From contig OX597819.1 of NCBI GenBank assembly GCA_951406725.2, positions 127,472,001-127,536,000 on the forward strand: a stretch of DNA of 64,000 bases, in the 5' to 3' direction. Every line of letters begins with the position of its first letter. The first letter of the stretch is position 1. This document shows, one piece after another, positions 56,203 to 64,000 of this stretch. The notes beneath the pieces were generated by a model. The model did not search any database. It worked only from the letters and a program-made list of their open reading frames with translations, and was not told where the DNA came from. This DNA comes from Octopus vulgaris (taxonomy: Eukaryota). Made by a program: the position numbers and the translations under genes.

Positions 56203-56605
56203 TCTTTTTCTCATTTTTACTTGTTTCAGTCATTTGACTGCAGCCACGCTGGAGCACCGCCTTTAGTCGAATCAAAGCGACCCCAGGACTTATTCTTTGT
56301 AAGCCTAGTACTTATGCTATCGGGCTCTTTTGTCGAACCGCTAAGTTACGGGGACATAAACACACCAGGATCGGATGTCGAGCGATGTTTGGTGGACAAA
56401 CATAGACACACAAACGCATACACACACATATATATATGCATATATACGACGGGCTTCTTTCAGTTTCCGCCTACCAAATCCACTCAGAAAGCTTTGGTCG
56501 GCCCGAGGCTATAGTAAGACGACACTTGGAACCACGCAGTGGGACTGAACCCGGAACCATGTGGTTGGTAAGCAAGCCATTACCGCACAGTCACTCCTAC
56601 ACCGC
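56203..56605 (-). mobile_element. SINE family A
   Basis: Full-length match. Confidence 0.88.
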
Positions 56606-59600
56606 CAAACGTTTTAAAAATAAGTGAGCAGATATAAAAATGAAGTTAAACTAAAATAAATGTAATTTCTAGAAGCACAGTCAGAATTTGACCAGCGAAA
56701 ACACAAGCTGAGCAGAAATTAACGAAAGTAGCAGCCCCTACACTAACAGCAAAATTTCATTCTTTAATTGCGATTTAGCTAGACAAAAGTTGAAGCTTTG
56801 AAGTAGTGTTCAAAGAAAGGGTGAAGGGAAAGGTGAAATGTTTCTGATTAAAAACAAAAGAAAACGTATGAGGCTTTGCATATAAATTCGAAAGAGAAGC
56901 TAAAGAAAGAATCGGTCGATATGTAGTGCGGGTTATTCTATCGACCGGGGTTAGATATATGAAAACATGTACCTGGTCTTGAAGATCTTCCCACTAATTG
57001 AGGGAAAAAATTCCAGTGTTTGACCAAATATATTGACAGTGATATTGTCCCTTGTCTTATCCTTTTTGTCGTACAGTGCGGGCTGATGCTGCAAACGCAA
57101 GCAGCCTACAATAAAATATGACTAGTTGGGGCATTTGTGGACACACAGGATCACTTGACCTTTGAGTGATTTACTCGAGGAAGGGTGGTAATAAAGGTGT
57201 GGTAATAAAGGTCACTTAAGGGAATTCTGTGCAAACGAGTAGGAAAAGAAAATGGCAACAGATAGCAACCATGGTACAAATCTATGACTTCTTCTATCGA
57301 TGTTTGCTTGACACTATCATTAACCGGTTCAGGAATCGCTGGAGAACAAGCCAGCAAAATCATGTTATAACCAGTACCACCAGTAGCAGGGACCAGCATC
57401 GAATATGTAGCTAAAAACGGCTCCTCCAGTAGCACAGGGCTGGCCAAAGCCTACGATCAGTAGTAACACCTGACATTATGTAGCAATGAGGAGAGGAAAA
57501 TTGGAGAAGGATGGAAAAATTGTTAGGAACTGTGAGAAAGAAAACACAAGGCAAAACGCAGCCGTTAACCCATTTATAAAACGTTAGCAAATGACTGGAA
57601 GTCTGCTACAAAAGGCTTCAGTCACAAAGAAGTGCCTCAAATCTACGATGATTCGAAAAGATAAATATAGCGCAGCTGGGCAAATGCTCTAAAAGACACA
57701 AATCAAATGCTGTGTCATATAAAACTGACTGAGTAACCAGATCTACAAAATGAAGAATGTGTAGGAGTAGAATATCCGGAAATAACTTATATTTCTGATA
57801 AATTTCTGTGTTGCAAATAACAGAGATGGGAATCATCTATATACGCTCTGGCCAGTAAATGAAAGATGCACTCCCTCAACTGACCCATACAGTAAAGTGT
57901 ATGCTTGGATTTTAAGACTGAAACGAATTGGCAGGTAGAGCAGACGCACCACACACACATGTCCATAGGCTTGCTAACACCGTATTCTATGACAAAAAAA
58001 AAACAAGTTTCATGAGCAGAGATATTAATACTAGCATTAGTCGTTTGCACCGATGATGCACAGTACAGATGGATGGTGAGTGTAGAAGAGCTCCTTAATA
58101 AAATGTGGCCAGGTGAGAGCTACACGAACTCTCGGTTCTTTTGATTCCTGAAGCCCAACAGAAAAACACGGAGCTATGCTCCATTAAAGAGAGTGAATGT
58201 GTCAGTTGGAATAGTGGCGCAGAAGTCCCAACTGATTCATTTGTGGCAATAAAATTCAGTTGGGCATAGTTTAGCGGTCACAATGACAGTCACCTGAGGT
58301 AAAATAACTGATGCACCCTCAGTTGTTCTTAAAGCATCGGTCCCAGCTCCGAAAATAGCAAGGGCAGAAGCAAAGACAAAACCCCATACACTGTTCCACT
58401 GGCTCTAGAAGCTGAAGAAGAAGGTTGCCACAATGCTGATGTGCGTCCTTCAGCAGCCATGGTTTGTTCAGACGCTCCGAGCTTTGTCCTGCAGCGATGG
58501 TGAAGAGTCTGAACATGAAGACATAAAAAATACGGACTGTACGAAGAAAAAGGAGAAAAAAGAATGGATACAGAGGGAAAATAAAGATAATGGCAGTTTT
58601 CCGTGGAAGAGTGATTATTGGTCTGTATTGACTGAATTTGATTATTATCCGTATCAGTAACAGAAACCTGTTGGAGTTGTTTAATTACCCGAATAGGGAC
58701 ACGAATAACATTATGCTAACTAGGAGACAGAGGTATAAAATCAACCACCAAATGCCCGCGTCCTTACAATTTGACTACATGAACTGTTTACGGATAAATT
58801 AAAGATAAACCAAGGGTCTGGTGATAGGAGCGGAATGTTGTAAGGCGTTATTCCAAGTCTGTGTGGGCGAGTTCCCTTATTTGTTTTGTGTACCAAATTA
58901 TTTCAACATACTGCATTACTTGTTTGCCCCATACTCCTGGTAATTCATATTTGTATGACCTCAAATGTTTTGCAACCTTTAAGTTGTGTATAGCATATGA
59001 AAGCTAGTCTTGTGGACAATGTAGAAAGGATTATCAATATTTTACTTTTTTATTTTTTTTTTTATTTCCATATTTATACTGCATATCGGCTTCTTCTAAT
59101 GGAATTCAAGAAACATATCAGTGTCTGCTTGAAACTCTGTTAGCTCCTCATTCAACATCTCCATTTACGGAAAATGTGATTTTATAAATGGTTCACTCCA
59201 ACTTTTCTCGCGCGAAAAGTAATCGATTCCGAGAGAGGGAGAAGGAAAAAGCGAAAGGGAGAGTGGAATGGCGGAGATTTGCCGTACTACATGACTGGTA
59301 CTTCATATATTGACTAAGGAAAGGTAAGGTACTCTCAGCAGAACTTGGGTTCTGATTGTAGAGAGCTGGAACATATATCGCAAAGCATTCAGCCTGTTGT
59401 GCTAACAAGTCTACCAACTCACCGTGTTAACAGCGGTCTGCTGGTCCCAATTTTATGAAGTGCAATATAAGGTTGTCATTTACAAGTTGCTGTTTTGCCT
59501 CAGATCAGCCTTGATAAAAGACATCCAGATGAGCAAACATCGTCTTCTTCCATGTGTGCGGGTACTGCATTGTTCTATACAGTTGTCCAGGTTTACCAAC

Positions 59601-60193
59601 CTTCTACATACCATGAAGGCATCTTCTCGACTTTCTAACAGTCCAACCTATCCATATCCATGTATTGATGCTTTTTTCATGAACCCCAGGAATGAACAGC
59701 GAAGTTAGCCATGGTATGATTTGAACTGTCAATGCAGAGTCACTACAAATCCCGCGGTGCATTTTAACGAATCTTCCAGCCTTATATTTAATCGAACCTT
59801 TCTCGAATAAGCACAAATCCAGAAATGTAGAGGAAGGGGACAGCCGAGTATATTTACTCTAGCACGTGACAAATAATTTATTTATCGATCTGCGACAGGA
59901 TTTGACCACAGAACGTAAATGCGACAATAGATAAGACCAATATTTTAAAGATTCAGTCAATCCCCTGCAATGTTTTGGACATATAAAGTGATCCTAGAAA
60001 AATCAGGGCAGGAACTACAACAACATAAGAACTGACTGATCAATGTTAAATTATATTTTACCATAAATTTCAGAAATAAGATCAAACTTGAAGCTATACA
60101 ACTACAACAGCAACAACAATAAAATAATTGTTTTAATATGCTAGGAGCAAAAAAAGTCAATTATAATGACCGGCTATACTTTATTCGTCATTT

Positions 60194-60239
<46 letters not shown>

Positions 60240-60269
60240 CCATGTTGAATCGCTGGCTTCTGCACGCAT

Positions 60270-60435
60270 TTTTTTTTTCTCTACTTGTTTCTCTCCGTGT
60301 TTCTTTTCTGCGTATCTTTCTGTTGAAGAGCATAGGCTCGAGACGTAAAAGACTTGCTTTATTTATATTCCTGAGCGCCATACTAATACAATTGTTTGTT
60401 TGTATTCCACCTGCCTTCGTCTTTTGTTTATTTTC
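60270..60435 (+). mobile_element. PLE pLTR-like fragment with degenerate hammerhead (family of 6935-7095)
   Basis: tcttt-ctg TTGAAGA gcataggctc GAGA cg TA aaagac; downstream CCTGAGCG..ATACTAATACA shared with 7030-7050; (TA)n on both sides. Confidence 0.6.
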
Positions 60436-60448
60436 ATAAAGCTTCCCG

Positions 60449-60488
<40 letters not shown>

Positions 60489-60620
60489 CATACGTGCATA
60501 TATATATATAGGTATACATGATGCATACGTGCATATATATGTAGGTATACGTTCGTATATGTAAGTATTCGTATGTTGTATTTATATATATATATGTATT
60601 TATGTTTCTCCTCTGTGTGT

Positions 60621-60679
60621 ATTCTACTGACGAGGCAAAGCATTACTAAATTCAAAGTCAGAAATCCAGGATCTAGAAT
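60621..60679 (+). ncRNA. Type I hammerhead ribozyme
   Basis: attcta CTGACGA ggc...gtca GAAA tcc-a-gga TC tagaat; perfect 6-bp stem I, near-palindromic stem III, weak stem II. Confidence 0.75.
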
Positions 60680-61425
60680 TATCCAGTAATTTTTTACTAG
60701 TTTCAACTTGTCTCTTTGTTTTCTCTCCGTGTTGATATATGGACAATTAAGGTGGTCTTAGAGTCAAATCATGGCTGCTATTTTCAGCATGGTGGTATCT
60801 CGTAGATACCCTAATTTATAATCTTAATAATTATTGCCTTTAAATGTTATTTTTCCATGCTAACCACTTGATAAAATCGTTATTTTATTTTTAAATTAAC
60901 GATATTATACTTATTTATATAAATTTATATATATATATATATATATCATAAAAAAGCAATGTAAAGTTGGCCTCGGTTTGAGTTGAATTCAGAATATAAA
61001 GAGCTATACAAAAATACACGATGTTTTGTCCAACTCGCGAAAAATTATGTCAGTCGAACTCCGAGTTTATATCATAGAAATGATTGTAACTAAAAGCAAA
61101 AACAATCGACAAACAAACAAAACTCATAAAAAATGAATTTTATATATTTTTCAAAATATTGAAGGAAAATTAGTTCCATTTTTCTTTCGATCAAAAAAGT
61201 AAGAAGTATTTTCCTTACTAACATTGGTTAAACTTTTTCTATAAGTATAGGTCTGTTGTGATGGGTACATAGTGATCGCATATATCGATTTTTGCTTATA
61301 TTTTATACAAGGAAAAAACCTTGCTAGATGCTATATATTGCAACCAAGTATAAGTCAAGTCATTCCACTTGTTTCATTTATGATATCTGGATATATTGTA
61401 TAAACACGCACACACACATGTTGTA

Positions 61426-61468
<43 letters not shown>

Positions 61469-61539
61469 TGTCAAATATATATGTATATTTAGATATACAT
61501 ATATACATATACATAGATAGATACATATATATGCATCCA

Positions 61540-61624
<85 letters not shown>

Positions 61625-62412
61625 TTATAGAATACGAAGTAAATACATATGCGTGTATATGTATGTAGTGCATATAAGCATGTATGTGTATATGTGTTTA
61701 TGAATATATAAATACTTACACACACACACCCATACAAACACACACACATATATATATACATATACATACGTGCGTGTGTATGTGTCTATAAGCGTAATGA
61801 TTTATGCGTCTATATATTCTGTTATTTGAGTGTGTGTGTGTCTGTGTGTGTGTCTGAGTATTGTACAGTTCAAGATAGAATGATTGGCATTAAGAAGATG
61901 CATTCGGCCGTGAGACACGACTTCAAAAAGTATTGGATCTATTTCCTTTTCCTTCGTTGCCTGGCAGGATAAGAAAAAAAAAAGGCACAAAGATTCATAA
62001 ATAGTATGTGCTGCAAAACTGTAAAGGCCATATATACATAAAACCTAAAAATGACAGTTTGTATAGAAGATGGGTGTAAAAAAAACATATCTTCGACAGA
62101 AATACAACGTACATAAAACAATCCAAAGAAATGCCGTCGGAAAATAACGAAAACAAAGCCATACACACACAGATACACACTTACACACACACACACACGC
62201 ACACACACACACACACACACACGCATACACACACACAAAACGACTCATACGCACGCATAAGACACGCATGTGTATGTGTGCACGTAAGTATGTATATATT
62301 ATATATCTGAAACTATATTTATATCAATGTATATATATATATATATATTTTTGTATGTATGTATGTATGTATGTATGTATATACACATATCTATGCGTAT
62401 ATGTATACATAC

Positions 62413-62458
<46 letters not shown>

Positions 62459-62525
62459 GTATATATATATGTATATATATATATATGTATGTATATATAT
62501 ATATGTATATTTATATATATATATG

Positions 62526-62558
<33 letters not shown>

Positions 62559-62659
62559 GCATATATATATATGTACATACATACATGTATACATACATAC
62601 GTGCATATATACGTAGATACATACAGACTCATATATATTCATGCATATATATATATATA

Positions 62660-63120
62660 CAGGGTACAATGGGTCAATTGTCGCCATTTTATGCTTTTTA
62701 TTTCGTGCATTCGCATTGCTTCTTTTTGATTTTGTCGACTACACAGTATAGTAGGGTCAGCTGGACACCGTCTATGAGAGAATGAGTGCCATGACGCAAT
62801 TCACTCTACCAGAAATTCGAAAACGTCATGCTGTATTGCTTGGCATTCACACCAAAAGCTCTAATACGAATATTCCAGAGTGTTTAGGTGTCAATCTGAG
62901 GACAGTGCAATCGGGGAACATGTAGCGAGAGTGATAAAAATCAAACATCCAGTCAACATTATGGTATTTGGAGTGATCACTAGTGATGGCGACGTTATGC
63001 CGCCATTCATCTTACCACACAGCCTCAGACTCAACACGGAGGCCTACATCAAGTGCTTGGTGGAGGTAGTGTTGTCCTGGGTAAGATGGTGGCTGCTGGA
63101 AGACCCTATGTCTGGCAACG
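62660..63120 (+). mobile_element. Internally deleted Tc1/maT-like DNA transposon
   Basis: TA|CAGGG start; HTH-like KRHAVLLGI...IPECLGVNLRTVQ joined to KHPVNIMVFGVITSDGDVMPPFILPHSLRLNTEAYIKCL. Confidence 0.8.
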
Positions 63121-63215
63121 ATGGATGTAGTTCGGCAAGCTGTCGGTTTACATCCTGCCGGACTTATCTGTTGGAAGGCATAACACTTCTCCGTTCCTCG
63201 TGCGCTACATGCGCT

Positions 63216-63442
63216 TACGTAGACCATATGCAGGTATATTCCCGACTTGTTGGGCCTCTGTCCTATTCTGTCTCTTAGTGTATAGATTTAAAATCTGTCT
63301 AAGTTTGGTCCTAGTAACCACATGAAAGCACAATTCCCTATAGCTAGGACCAAATATAGACGGATTTTAAAACTATACACTAAGAGAAAGAATAGGACTG
63401 AGGCCCAACAACTCGGGAATATATCCGCATATGGCCTACGTA
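63216..63442. repeat. Hairpin with about 99-bp inverted arms
   Basis: 63216-63314 is the reverse complement of 63344-63442 with scattered mismatches; 29-nt loop. Confidence 0.85.
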
Positions 63443-64000
63443 CAGGCTAAAACATGCCCATTGAAAATATACTTAAATAATATATAGCAAATAGAGGAGT
63501 TAATGAGAATTAAAAATATAAAAAGACAAGAAGAACATACAATGCATGATAACTCTGCTTCTCTGTTCAGTCACAGGATGGAGGCAATATAACCAAAAGT
63601 ATTACTGCTTTGATTGTTTAGCCGTACGTGAATTCTGATTAAATACACCGATGATGAAAGGTTTTGCTAACAATAATTATTCCGCATTTGATGTCTGTTT
63701 TTTCTTGCCATCCACAAACTGTATCCAGAACCCGGATATTTACTTATTTAATTTTGTCCAAAGATGTTATGTGAGGCAGTTATTATTATTATCATTTTTT
63801 TGCTACTTCTTAGAGGCTGAGAAAGGAAGTAGAAACTTGCTCAGTTGGCTCATATCAAATAATGTGAATGAATTGGGATTAAATAACTGTCTGATATTAT
63901 GTTGATAAAGTTGAAGCAAACGTAATATATAACTTGCTGTTTCTAAAAGACAAAGAAAGTTAATGGGGTATACTCGTGGATATCATACGAGTCTATAGTA

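Overview
AT-rich, microsatellite-saturated eukaryotic non-coding DNA. The tRNA-derived SINE families look like those of Octopus (coleoid cephalopod); this is my recognition, not a search result. No convincing host exon was found, and nearly all ORF-track entries are translated microsatellites or SINEs. Recognisable transposable elements include three SINE families (about 20 copies), RTE and CR1-type LINE fragments, mariner and Tc1/maT transposase relics, piggyBac- and Merlin-like MITEs, non-autonomous Helitrons, a long foldback element and a Neptune-type Penelope-like element (PLE) with a GIY-YIG endonuclease remnant. The main signal that the ORF track does not show is a dense set of type I hammerhead ribozyme (HHR) motifs. 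About 7 are near-intact and about 8 are degenerate, and they come from many unrelated sequence families. They sit in small non-coding PLE-like units built as an inverted repeat plus a one-sided tail, mostly embedded in (TA)n. Families carry different palindromic stem III sequences, and several truncation or inversion junctions fall at or next to the ribozyme. All motifs were read and folded by eye, and coordinates may be off by a few bases.
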